The notes beneath the pieces are model-generated. The model saw only the letters and a list, made by a program, of their open reading frames with translations. It was not told the origin of the DNA and did not search any database. From assembly GCA_964443885.1 (NCBI GenBank), contig CAYUES010000001.1:4949-68948 (forward strand): 64,000 nt of DNA, written 5' to 3'. The stretch is from an uncultured Pseudomonadales bacterium (lineage in GTDB: Bacteria; Patescibacteriota; Microgenomatia; UBA1400; PJMF01). The translations under genes and the position numbers were made by a program. Of the stretch, positions 36,873 through 46,055 are shown one piece after another (the first letter of the stretch is position 1; every line of letters starts with the position of its first letter).

Positions 36873-37889
36873 TTACTCTATAAAATTCTCATAGGTAGCT
36901 TTGGAAATTTCCTCCACCACTTCTGTTAACTCTTCAAAGTCATCACCGCGTGTCATTACACAGATTAAATAAGGAGTTTGCTTTGTATACACAATTCCAC
37001 AGTCATGGAACTGTCTTTGATCATCTGCCAAAAAGTACCGTTCGCCGTACTTATGGGCCACACCAGTACCAGGGGGGACTCCCGCCGCAATTCCTTCAGA
37101 ATAGGTGGCTTTACTCAGGTAGGAAAGAATTTTTTCAGAATGCGGTTTTGATAGGTACGAAGAATTATATAAAATTCTAAAAAATGATGAGTACTCACGA
37201 ACAGAAATAATGTTTCCGGAAGGATTTACCATAAATGAAGGATCGAGGGTCACTCCCAAATCAAGAAAGATACTATTGAGCTGTGCAGGATACTCTTCTC
37301 TCAAGAGTTGGTCCAAAAGTTCAAAGGCTCTATTATTGGAGTAAACCAACATGTACTCGAGCAGTTCTTCGACAGTATACTCGGTTTGGGCAGTTAATAA
37401 TTTATCAGGCATAATATTTTGATCAACACCCAGGTCTTCAGTAGTGTTTAAAATTTTGCGCTGCAAAAACGTTGGATCTACCTCGGCTTGTTTATAAATA
37501 GCAAACGCAATGGGGAGTTTAATCAAGCTCGCAGGTGAAAAGGCCTCCGTTTCATTTACAGCAAACCAGGGCCCGTTGTTGAGATCACGAAAGTAATAAG
37601 AAATAAACTCAGCTTTGCCCTCTTTTTCTAACTGATCAATCAGCGGTGTAATGACATCTTGGAGTTTGGTAATAGTATTGGAGTACTCAAGGTCTACATT
37701 TTCACATTCGAGCAATGGATTAATAAACGTATAACTACCCTTTGAACGAACTTCTTTAAAATCTTCATCGCGGTCATGAAAAATTACAGTACCGACACTG
37801 CCCAGGAGTAAGCCAAACACTATGCTACCACTAACCAAGACAGCTAGTAGCTTCTTTGCCCCATATTTCGCCAAATACTCATCTATCAT
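36873..37889 (-). CDS. Membrane-anchored serine hydrolase of the beta-lactamase/transpeptidase-like superfamily (class A-like motifs)
   Basis: N-terminal TM. SLIK (SxxK), YSNN (SxN), HKYG (KTG-like) in the correct order. Track start 37949; ATG 37889 (MIDEYLAKYG) preferred. Confidence 0.6.
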   Translation of the reverse strand: MIDEYLAKYGAKKLLAVLVSGSIVFGLLLGSVGTVIFHDRDEDFKEVRSKGSYTFINPLLECENVDLEYSNTITKLQDVITPLIDQLEKEGKAEFISYYFRDLNNGPWFAVNETEAFSPASLIKLPIAFAIYKQAEVDPTFLQRKILNTTEDLGVDQNIMPDKLLTAQTEYTVEELLEYMLVYSNNRAFELLDQLLREEYPAQLNSIFLDLGVTLDPSFMVNPSGNIISVREYSSFFRILYNSSYLSKPHSEKILSYLSKATYSEGIAAGVPPGTGVAHKYGERYFLADDQRQFHDCGIVYTKQTPYLICVMTRGDDFEELTEVVEEISKATYENFIE

Positions 37890-38021
37890 AGGTGTATATC
37901 GTAACACGCTATGTAGCAGGTGCGAGAAGCAAGCTCTCGGAGCAGACACGAGATCACTATATGAGGAGCTTGTTCACAAGATGAGACTTTCTGTGTACAA
38001 TACGCTTCGTATCAATCAGAT

Positions 38022-38094
38022 GCGGAAATAGCTCAGTTGGTAGAGCGTCTCCTTGCCAAGGAGAAGGTCGCGGGTCCGAGTCCCGTTTTCCGCT
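38022..38094 (+). tRNA. tRNA-Gly (anticodon GCC)
   Basis: Acceptor GCGGAAA/TTTCCGC, D-arm GCTCAGTTGGTAGAGC, anticodon stem TCTCC/GGAGA with loop TTGCCAA, discriminator T. Confidence 0.85.
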
Positions 38095-38218
38095 CAGTAG
38101 CAAACAATATATCCTTTCTACATATCCCCGTAACATTGTTTATTTAAAGATTGCTTTATATAATAAATATAGGATTAGGTCTTGAAAATCTCTTTGCTGA
38201 GACCTATAATAATAGTAT

Positions 38219-38851
38219 ATGTCTCTTTTACCAGATTTAGCACGGAATCAACAGGCAAGTATTCGTGTTGGAAGTAATAATCACGAAAAAAACGTATCCG
38301 AAAGCGTCACCCGTGAAAAAATCCTTAAATTTCAAAGATTGAAAGATCTCATAGCTATTGTCCTGGTGGGTGGTATTCTAGCTATTGGGCATGACTTAAG
38401 CCAAGAAAACTCTGTAGTAGCCTCCGCTGCCAAGTTGCTCAATACTCAAGGTACGACGCACCTTTTACATCTAGAATCCCCCCCAATTACCTTGGAAGAA
38501 TATCTAAAAGATGCTCAAATTGACCCTGCTAGAACTGAGTTTAATCAAGAACTTCCTCAGGCTATTTTTGGTAAAAATGCTGCTGGTGAACTCTATGAAT
38601 TAAAACCGGGCAAAGTTGTTTTTATTCAGCTGGATAGTAAAAATGCTGAGGGAAAAAATGAAGTAGCAAAACTACAAGTTATTGCAGTCTTTGGTGATGT
38701 ATATCATGGTACCTTAAATGGAAGACCGATTAGCTATAACTATCCTCAAAGAATTCAAGGAAGAAGGGTGGATAATGAGGATCCATATTTTGAAGAACCT
38801 GGCGAATACATGGATGTAGGTGTCGATACAATCATCGGTCACGAAAAATAA
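38219..38851 (+). CDS. Hypothetical membrane-anchored protein
   Basis: 210-aa ORF, single TM (LIAIVLVGGILAIG). TATAAT 8 nt upstream of ATG. No family recognised. Confidence 0.4.
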   Translation: MSLLPDLARNQQASIRVGSNNHEKNVSESVTREKILKFQRLKDLIAIVLVGGILAIGHDLSQENSVVASAAKLLNTQGTTHLLHLESPPITLEEYLKDAQIDPARTEFNQELPQAIFGKNAAGELYELKPGKVVFIQLDSKNAEGKNEVAKLQVIAVFGDVYHGTLNGRPISYNYPQRIQGRRVDNEDPYFEEPGEYMDVGVDTIIGHEK

Positions 38852-38857
38852 TAGTTT

Positions 38858-39202
38858 CTAGTTCTCAAGGTACAGGCCTTCTCTAGGTATCTTTACCACA
38901 CTCTGGGTACACTCGTTGTTGTGAGTCTCAATCAAGACAGTAACTTTGCTCTTTACTCCCAACGGACTGTATAAAAATGCGGTAATGTTGGATTGCTCTT
39001 GGGCTACGATAATGCAGCGAGCTAGCTCCTCGTACATTTCCCTCTTTAATCCGCAAGTATATCGGGCAAATTCTTCCGGTGAAACAGTGGCTTCATCCAA
39101 ACAAATTTGGTAGGCAGCTTGCGCTCCACCAACCATTTTTTGGTAGCCAAAAAAGACTCCTACTACTAAAATAGCTATGACTAGCATTTTCATATATTCC
39201 AC
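38858..39202 (-). CDS. Small secreted Cys-containing hypothetical protein
   Basis: Signal peptide MKMLVIAILVVGVFFGYQ...AQA, four Cys. No family recognised. Confidence 0.4.
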   Translation of the reverse strand: MEYMKMLVIAILVVGVFFGYQKMVGGAQAAYQICLDEATVSPEEFARYTCGLKREMYEELARCIIVAQEQSNITAFLYSPLGVKSKVTVLIETHNNECTQSVVKIPREGLYLEN

Positions 39203-39232
39203 TATAGCATACAGAAGAAAGAAGTAACTTGT

Positions 39233-40279
39233 ATGCAGACTGCTAATTCTCGTTTACCATGGGCAGATTGGATTCGAGTTCTTTCAATTTTTCTAGTAAT
39301 TATTATTCATGTGAACGCGCTGATTGTTATTCCTTGGGAGTATTCTTTTTCCTTTGCTTGGTGGACTGCACATGTATTTAGCTCAATTGCGGTAGTGGCA
39401 GTGCCTTTTTTAGTAATTTTATCTGGGAGTTTATTACTGGGGAAAACAGAGTCAGCCCAGATTTTTTATCGTAAGCGCGCTCGAAAAATTATTTTACCCT
39501 GGATTTTTTGGTTAGCAGTTACATTTGTGCTTGATTACTATGTTTTGCAGGACCCAGGTTTGCGTGGCCGATCATTGGCTTCACTGATAGGTCAATATTT
39601 GATGACAGGCTACTGGTTCATGCCAGTTTTATTTCAACTATACCTGGTGACTCCTCTGCTCCGTCGTTGGATTCCTCAGATTAGTCGTACTACGCTTGCA
39701 GCTGGAGCAGTGGGACTTGTGTCTGTTATTTCGCTGCAGTATACCTTCTGTGCAACGACTCAAACGTGCGCGGTTTGGCCATTACCACTTGGCTTGCAGT
39801 ACCTAGGATACTTTATTTTGGGCTACATCCTCAGAGACTACACTCCCACACAAAAAGCATTTTCACGATGGGCGTTTGGCTGGGGTTTGGGGGTAAGTGC
39901 GGTTTTTTATGCGACACTCGCACTGAGCAAAAATCAGCAAGGTTTTAGTGGCAGCATCTATCACTACATATCACTACCGGTTGCACTATCGAGCATCAGT
40001 GGTTTTGTGTTACTGCAACGTATTTTTAGAAACTTTGCATTTAAAAAACTGCAGTATCGAAGGTGGCTGGAAAGTATAAGTAAAGAAAGTTTTAGTATCT
40101 TTTTTATGCACACTATTATTTTGAGAGCAATTGTATTTTTAGCGCCGCAGCTGATTGTCCAACCGATTTTATTTTTTGCGCCACTTTTTATACTGCTGAT
40201 TTCGATACTGCTTTTTGTTGTTTCCTACGCCATCGTAGTGGGGTTGAGGAAGCTACCACTCTTCAAGTTTGTCGCATAA
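39233..40279 (+). CDS. Acyltransferase family 3 (OatA-like) integral membrane protein
   Basis: WADWIRVLSIFLVIIIHVN N-terminal signature, about 10 TM, 348 aa. Confidence 0.75.
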   Translation: MQTANSRLPWADWIRVLSIFLVIIIHVNALIVIPWEYSFSFAWWTAHVFSSIAVVAVPFLVILSGSLLLGKTESAQIFYRKRARKIILPWIFWLAVTFVLDYYVLQDPGLRGRSLASLIGQYLMTGYWFMPVLFQLYLVTPLLRRWIPQISRTTLAAGAVGLVSVISLQYTFCATTQTCAVWPLPLGLQYLGYFILGYILRDYTPTQKAFSRWAFGWGLGVSAVFYATLALSKNQQGFSGSIYHYISLPVALSSISGFVLLQRIFRNFAFKKLQYRRWLESISKESFSIFFMHTIILRAIVFLAPQLIVQPILFFAPLFILLISILLFVVSYAIVVGLRKLPLFKFVA

Positions 40280-40306
40280 ATTGCATGGTGTTACTGTAAG
40301 GTGGGC

Positions 40307-41731
40307 TTATTTGTACTGCCACTCCAAATCACTGGGTTTGCTTTCTTGAGAATACAGTTTTTGTAAACTCTGATCAGTCAGGTAGTACCAATTATCACCA
40401 AAATCTACAGGTAAGTTTTTTTGTAAAAAAGAACTTTTAGTTTCGTGGCCAAAAATGACGGGCAGGTATTTTGTGTTGGCCACCGCCCGAGAAAAAATAG
40501 AAAGTAGAGCCACAAACACAACCATTGTTAGCGCAATTTTTTGAATACGTGGTACTTTGATGAGTGAAAGTGGGTAGATAATCAGCACAGAAAACGCCGG
40601 CAAGTATGGCAAGATAAATCGGCCGCCACCGGTTCTGGGAGTAATCAGCCAAAAAGCAAAAACGAGTGCGCAGTAGATACTAAGAGTTTTGAAAAGTGTT
40701 TGTTTTTGAGGAGATTGAGTAGAAATGGAAGAAAAATAACTTCTGAAACTAGGTAGAAAAAATATCAGCAGTATGGGAAATACCATCAGGTAGATTGGTG
40801 AGAGCGGATCAGCACTTTGTAACCAAATTGTAAAAAAATCAAAGACAGAGGTGGTTGATGCTAAGTCATATCCTGAAAAAACTGGAAAGACAGGATTGCC
40901 TGTCTGCAACCAATTGAGGAGTAACCAGGAGGCTGGAAGTAGTAGCGCGAGTAGTGATGTGGTAACAGACGCTCTCAAATTTCTTTGATATATCAATAAA
41001 ATAGCTACGGAAGCGACACTGGTGACGGCAATCAACTTGCTCATAACTGCTAAGCCGAGGAGCAGTCCTGCAATGTAGCGCCAGCGGTTTGAGTTTTGTG
41101 TGGTTGCATATAAAATCGCCAGCAATGCTAATGATTCATAAAACGTTCTGCCTAAATCTATGTAGGCAGTGATCGACTGCCAGCCGACTACCAAGTTGGA
41201 GTAAAACACTAGAGTTGCTACAAGTGAGTACTTTCTCGTAGTAAAGAGGCGTGCTGTGCGGTATGTGACCACCAAGCAAAGCACCCCAAAACCCCAATGG
41301 ATGATCTTGGCGACTAGCTCGTTGGAAAGTGCTAGGGCTGCGACGTAAAACATTTCTAGCAGTTTGGGCAACAGAGAGTATGAAAATGGTCCGTTTTCGA
41401 TATAGAATATTTTTTCTTCCAACAACCAGATTCGCGGGATTGTCAGGTGATACCAAACAGCGTCATAAGCAATTTCTGGACCGACAGCGCCGATCAAATT
41501 TATAATCATTTGGATGACTAGCAGTAGTACTAGGCCACGTTCAAAAAAACTGGTGGTTTTGAGGATCTGCCACTGCTTTCGTAAAGAAAAGCAGCGAGTT
41601 ATCTGCCAGTAGCTGTATATCAAAAAAACAGCTGTACCAATCAAAATATATGGATATTCGAGTTTCCCTAGCAGTCCAAGTAAGAATATATAATTAGCGA
41701 AGAGTCCGCTGCTTATTGCCCAAGCAAACAT
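40307..41731 (-). CDS. GT-C superfamily membrane glycosyltransferase (ArnT/PMT_2-like)
   Basis: 474 aa with about 11-13 TM helices and periplasmic loops typical of ArnT/PMT-like dolichyl/undecaprenyl-phosphate-sugar transferases. Family assignment by topology, not motif. Confidence 0.5.
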   Translation of the reverse strand: MFAWAISSGLFANYIFLLGLLGKLEYPYILIGTAVFLIYSYWQITRCFSLRKQWQILKTTSFFERGLVLLLVIQMIINLIGAVGPEIAYDAVWYHLTIPRIWLLEEKIFYIENGPFSYSLLPKLLEMFYVAALALSNELVAKIIHWGFGVLCLVVTYRTARLFTTRKYSLVATLVFYSNLVVGWQSITAYIDLGRTFYESLALLAILYATTQNSNRWRYIAGLLLGLAVMSKLIAVTSVASVAILLIYQRNLRASVTTSLLALLLPASWLLLNWLQTGNPVFPVFSGYDLASTTSVFDFFTIWLQSADPLSPIYLMVFPILLIFFLPSFRSYFSSISTQSPQKQTLFKTLSIYCALVFAFWLITPRTGGGRFILPYLPAFSVLIIYPLSLIKVPRIQKIALTMVVFVALLSIFSRAVANTKYLPVIFGHETKSSFLQKNLPVDFGDNWYYLTDQSLQKLYSQESKPSDLEWQYK

Positions 41732-41840
41732 ACCAGCCCTCCCCTACAAGCCAAAAAAAATAAGTGGTAGACGAAGATTACTCCTACCCAGATTACAAAA
41801 AATATTTGAAAAAAGTTATTTTTCATGCAATAGTACGACT

Positions 41841-42326
41841 ATGAGTTCTCTCACGTACTATACTATAACTTCTTCTCCTGTTGGTGAGATTTTGTTAACG
41901 GCAACAGAGCGAGGTTTATCGGGGTTGTATCTTTCTACAGAAACCAAGCCGCACAGTATTCCACTGGCGGCGGAGCGGGATGATGCGCGATTTACCGAGG
42001 TTGTTGCGCAGCTTGCTGAGTACTTTGCAGGAACCAGAACTAAGTTTAGTGTCACCTTTGATCTACAAGGAACCGAGTTCCAAAAACTAGTTTGGCAGGA
42101 GCTCTATACAATCCCCTTTGGAAAAGTAATTAGTTATAAAGAGTTGGCGCGCAGGATTGGTAAGCCAGTTGCGTTTCGGGCGGTTGGGACTGCAAATGGC
42201 AAAAATCCAATCTCGATTATTATCCCGTGTCACCGAGTGATTGCAGCTGATGGTACGTTGGGTGGCTACGGCTGGGGTTTGCCTTGTAAAGTACAGCTAC
42301 TTCAGTTGGAAAAAGCTGCTTATTAA
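41841..42326 (+). CDS. ogt: Methylated-DNA--protein-cysteine methyltransferase (Ogt/MGMT)
   Basis: IPCHRVIAADGTLGGYGWGL (PCHRV active-site motif). 161 aa. Confidence 0.9.
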   Translation: MSSLTYYTITSSPVGEILLTATERGLSGLYLSTETKPHSIPLAAERDDARFTEVVAQLAEYFAGTRTKFSVTFDLQGTEFQKLVWQELYTIPFGKVISYKELARRIGKPVAFRAVGTANGKNPISIIIPCHRVIAADGTLGGYGWGLPCKVQLLQLEKAAY

Positions 42327-42417
42327 CAATCATCTATACTTCCTAAATTGAGGCAAAAACAACCGCAATAAAACAAAGTCATGATTCAGCCGCTGATATC
42401 ACTGAGTGCTAGTTTTT

Positions 42418-42753
42418 TCACGCTTTCGCTGCAAGTTCTTTTTTGAGAATCTCTAAGTTTTTGGTATGAGCTCTAAAGAAGAAGTCGATAATGTCACCAA
42501 GAATCGGGATACTTCCCACCACATAGTCAATGATAATGTAGCCAACCATTTTCAAGATAATTGAGTGCTCAACCTTGGATATATATGCGACCCAGACCAA
42601 GTACAGCGACATGATCGCGGGGATTAAGTCACCAACAAATGGGAATAGTCCTAGAATTGGATCAAGCCCAAACTTGAATGGGCCAACTTTAAATTTGTTT
42701 TCCAGTAATTCTACTAGGTCTTCAGCACGCTTAATGTGATGGTTTGTCTTCAT
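42418..42753 (-). CDS. DUF4112 family small membrane protein
   Basis: GLDPILGLFPFVGDLIPA...GSIPILGDIIDFFFRAHTKN repeats match the PF13430 pattern. Confidence 0.6.
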   Translation of the reverse strand: MKTNHHIKRAEDLVELLENKFKVGPFKFGLDPILGLFPFVGDLIPAIMSLYLVWVAYISKVEHSIILKMVGYIIIDYVVGSIPILGDIIDFFFRAHTKNLEILKKELAAKA

Positions 42754-42840
42754 GCCGCTACTATAGCAGGCTTGTGTAAAGATACGGTAATATTTTGTGA
42801 GAGATGAATCTTTAGCTGGCGGTTAGGGATATTTCTAGTG

Positions 42841-42911
42841 ATGCCTCGCTTGGATTCGAACCAAGATTAACGGCTTCAAAGGCCGCTGTCCTGCCATTGG
42901 ACGACGAGGCA
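42841..42911 (-). tRNA. tRNA-Gln (anticodon TTG)
   Basis: Reverse complement: acceptor TGCCTCG/CGAGGCA (U1-A72 as in bacterial tRNA-Gln), D-stem GTCC/GGAC, anticodon stem GCGGC/GCCGT with loop CTTTGAA, T-arm CTTGGTTCGAATCCAAG. Confidence 0.8.
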
Positions 42912-42997
42912 ACTCAAAATCAGAAGGAATTTTCCGACCACCTATTGTAACAAATTTCTCCATTTCTCTCTAGTTTGAATTTTGATATGATGATGAG

Positions 42998-43528
42998 ATG
43001 ACAAAAGAACAACGATCTCGCTTGATAAAAGCTTCAGTACTGGGTGCTAACGACGGAATTATCACAACTTTTGCGGTGGTGGCCGGTGTGGTGGGAGCCA
43101 ATCTTTCGCCAAATATCATCTTAATTTTGGGAATTGCCAACATGATCGCTGATGGCATTAGTATGTCAGTTGGCGACTACTTGGGGGAACGCTCCGCAGC
43201 ACAATATGAAAAATCTCAAGGTGCCGAGGAAAGTGCGGTCGTCTGGAAAAGTAGTGTCGCCACGTTCGTGGCTTTTGTTATAGCTGGCTCGCTGCCCTTA
43301 GCGCCGTATGTTTTGCAGTTTTTGGGCGCACCGATTCCTGCTGAAATAACCTTTACGCTCTCGATTATTAGTACGGCGATTGCCCTCTTTTTGGTGGGTA
43401 GTTTAGGTACGATTGTCACCAAGGGTAATTGGCTCAAGAGTGGACTGGAAATGCTCTCAATTGGTGCAGTTGCTGCGGTAGTTGCATATGCGCTTGGGGC
43501 ATTCATTGAACAGTTGATCTCGAAGTAA
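42998..43528 (+). CDS. VIT1/CCC1 family (DUF125) Fe/Mn transporter, short form
   Basis: ASVLGANDGIITTFAVVAGVVGA...ANMIADGISMSVGDYLGERS matches PF01988. Confidence 0.7.
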   Translation: MTKEQRSRLIKASVLGANDGIITTFAVVAGVVGANLSPNIILILGIANMIADGISMSVGDYLGERSAAQYEKSQGAEESAVVWKSSVATFVAFVIAGSLPLAPYVLQFLGAPIPAEITFTLSIISTAIALFLVGSLGTIVTKGNWLKSGLEMLSIGAVAAVVAYALGAFIEQLISK

Positions 43529-43604
43529 TAGTAACTTCAAAATCCACTTGGATGGTGGCTAGCGCATGCTTTTGGCCATTTCGAGAGATGTAAGTGCCGA
43601 TAGA

Positions 43605-45158
43605 TTAGTCGCGCAAATCGCGGTTAATACTCCCAATCAGTTGTGGACCTTGATAAATCATGCCTGTGATAAGTTGAACTAAGTCTGCTCCCAAGGCTAT
43701 TTTTTGGCGCGCGTCTTCGGCAGAGAAAATGCCCCCAGTCCCAATAATCGTAAAGCGATTTTTATAGTGTTTTTTTGTCAAAGCAATCAATCTATTGGAA
43801 CGCTCAAAAGTAGGCTTGCCACTCAAGTTACCCTTGCGTTTTTGCCATTCTTTGGCGTCTTCGGTAGCGACGGCTGGATTAGTTTTGTCTTTTGTGAGGT
43901 TGCCCAAAATCACGCCAGCAGTTTTGTGTTTTGCGATGACCGCGAGCAGTTGCAGGCTTTCTTTTTCTGATTGATCAATCGGCATTTTGACATAGATCGG
44001 CTTGGTGACTTTCAGTTTATCAAGTGCAGTCAGTAGTATTTCCAACCTGTTTGTCGTGGTGAATGGTTCGCCACCAAACGTATTCGGGCAACTAATATTC
44101 AACTCATAGTAAGAATGACCGACTTTTGATTTCTCAAATAATCGAAAACAAGTAATAATGTCGGTAATCTGCTCTTTGTCAGTTTCGTAGGCAGCATTGG
44201 TGCTCCCGATACTAATTCCAACCGGGATTTTGAACTGTAACGGAGTAAGTTTTTTGATAATTTCCTGTGCGCCGATGTTTTTAAGACCTTTATTAACGAG
44301 CAGTGCTTTGGAGTTCGGGAAACGCCCAAGCATTGGCGAAGTATTGCCGTCATAAGAATGCAGTGTCACCGTACCAACGGTGTGCCAACCAAACCCGACC
44401 GAAGGCAGAATTTGTGTTAAGTCGGCGTTGTAGTCAAAGCCCGCTGATAAGCCAACTGGATTAGGAAAAACAATGCCATCACGTTTGGTGGCGAGCGCAG
44501 GGTCATAGTACGCAAAGAGTGCGCTATTGATGGCTTGAGTTATCGAGAAGTTGCCAAAAAATGCACCCAACTTTGTCATCGTATCGTGAACGAGCTCAGG
44601 ATCGAAAAGAAAGAAAATTGGCTTTAAAACAGTGGTGTACAAAAAACTAATCACCGAGTGAAAGACAGTCTTGGTGCTGTATCCAGATTTTTGGCTGTAG
44701 AGCGCAACGTAGGTTTGGGTAGTGATAAATAACAGCGTGCTGACAGCCGCAGAAATTAAACAGTACGAACACCACGCTTTAATCACCACTCCCATTAGAA
44801 ATACTAAGTAAAATGAAAAAAGTAAGCCACCGATCGTAATTAGTTGCAGTAAATCCAGTGGTGAGGTTTTACGAATGAAGGCAGACTTGGAAGTTTTGAA
44901 AAAAGAACTTTTTTTGAAGTCTAGTTCCAGAAAATGCATAACAGCGAGCACAAAAACAGTTAGGTAGTAACCCAAACCGAGTGCTGAAAGTGGAAGCGGT
45001 CCAATCTGGGCGTACGGACTACTTAAAACAGTTTCGCATTGAAAACCTGGCGTACACGGTGGAATCACCCCCGCAACCTTTTCATAGGTTAAGTAACTGG
45101 CATCGGCAATGCCAATCAAAGATAAAACGATCAGCAGCAAAGACATGAAAACATTCAT
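43605..45158 (-). CDS. pyrD: Fusion protein: N-terminal VKOR (vitamin K epoxide reductase) membrane domain (aa 1 to about 160; nt 44679..45158) plus class-2 dihydroorotate dehydrogenase (PyrD; nt 43605..44678)
   Basis: VKOR half: LTYEKVAGVIPPCTPGFQCETVLSSPYAQIGPLPLSALGLGYY (loop Cys pair plus TVLSSPYA motif) and AWCSYCLISA (TM CxxC). DHODH half: FLFDPELVHDTM (class-2 N-terminal helices, cf. E. coli LFQLDPERAHEFT), FPNPVGLSAGFD, GFGWHTVGTVT, NISCPNT, GNLSGKP, IIGTGGIFS, GADLVQLITG. Single uninterrupted ORF from ATG 45158. Confidence 0.8.
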   Translation of the reverse strand: MNVFMSLLLIVLSLIGIADASYLTYEKVAGVIPPCTPGFQCETVLSSPYAQIGPLPLSALGLGYYLTVFVLAVMHFLELDFKKSSFFKTSKSAFIRKTSPLDLLQLITIGGLLFSFYLVFLMGVVIKAWCSYCLISAAVSTLLFITTQTYVALYSQKSGYSTKTVFHSVISFLYTTVLKPIFFLFDPELVHDTMTKLGAFFGNFSITQAINSALFAYYDPALATKRDGIVFPNPVGLSAGFDYNADLTQILPSVGFGWHTVGTVTLHSYDGNTSPMLGRFPNSKALLVNKGLKNIGAQEIIKKLTPLQFKIPVGISIGSTNAAYETDKEQITDIITCFRLFEKSKVGHSYYELNISCPNTFGGEPFTTTNRLEILLTALDKLKVTKPIYVKMPIDQSEKESLQLLAVIAKHKTAGVILGNLTKDKTNPAVATEDAKEWQKRKGNLSGKPTFERSNRLIALTKKHYKNRFTIIGTGGIFSAEDARQKIALGADLVQLITGMIYQGPQLIGSINRDLRD

Positions 45159-45178
45159 ATAGTGAAGGTATCGTACTG

Positions 45179-45988
45179 CTACTCCTTTTGCAATACAAGG
45201 TAGGTATTGGATGTGCCCTCTTTACCATCGGCTTGGTAGGTTTTCAGTTGTTTTAGGCCTGACATGTGAGCTAGCTCCTCGATCTCACTTTGTGTAAATG
45301 AGTGGCAGTAGCGCGCAAGGTTGGTATGCTCTTTCCAGCCCAGTAGGAAGTCATTTTCTTCGAGTTGATCGGTTGCTACTCCAAACTGTGTAGGATCAAG
45401 CGATTTATGGTGGTACCGTTCAAACTCTGCAAAACGCCAAAAACTTACGGCTAGGATTCCGCCAGCGGAAAGTTTGTCTGCACACTTTTTAATACAGAGC
45501 TGGCGAAGTTCTTGTGTTGGAATATGATGCAACACACCAAACGAAGTAATGAGATCAAAATTATTTTCGTCTATTTGAGAAGAAAAAGTATCGTCTAAAA
45601 GTGAGGTGATGAGATCAAAATATAGAACTTTATTCCCCGCACCCTCTACTTTCACAGACTGAAGTAGCACTTCAGCTTCAGAAAGTAAGGCTTGGTTGCT
45701 ATCAGTACCAAGATATGCCAAGTCGAAGTCGGTACTTTCTTGTAGGAAAGTTAAAAATCTGCCGTTGCCGCAGCCAATGTCTAAAACTGCGATTTCTTTC
45801 TTTTGAAGTTCAGCGGTAATAATTGGAGTCAAGACGTTCCAACCTGCCCAGGACTGTTGGCGTGTTTGGCTAAACGACTCACTTACTTGTGTATAAAAAG
45901 CTTGTGTTAGCTGATTTAGTTTTTGAATAAGACTCTGTTGCATTTTCCTATTGTAACCCAGCGATCTTGGTTTTGTTTGGCTCTTCAA
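45179..45988 (-). CDS. Class I SAM-dependent methyltransferase
   Basis: VLDIGCGNGRFLTFL (motif I). Rossmann pattern with acidic residue at end of beta2. Confidence 0.7.
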   Translation of the reverse strand: MKSQTKPRSLGYNRKMQQSLIQKLNQLTQAFYTQVSESFSQTRQQSWAGWNVLTPIITAELQKKEIAVLDIGCGNGRFLTFLQESTDFDLAYLGTDSNQALLSEAEVLLQSVKVEGAGNKVLYFDLITSLLDDTFSSQIDENNFDLITSFGVLHHIPTQELRQLCIKKCADKLSAGGILAVSFWRFAEFERYHHKSLDPTQFGVATDQLEENDFLLGWKEHTNLARYCHSFTQSEIEELAHMSGLKQLKTYQADGKEGTSNTYLVLQKE

Positions 45989-46055
45989 ATAAGTAGTCAG
46001 ACTTTGGAGATACTTTATGCAGTTTTATCTCGATTTCAAGGTATAATAGCTTGCT

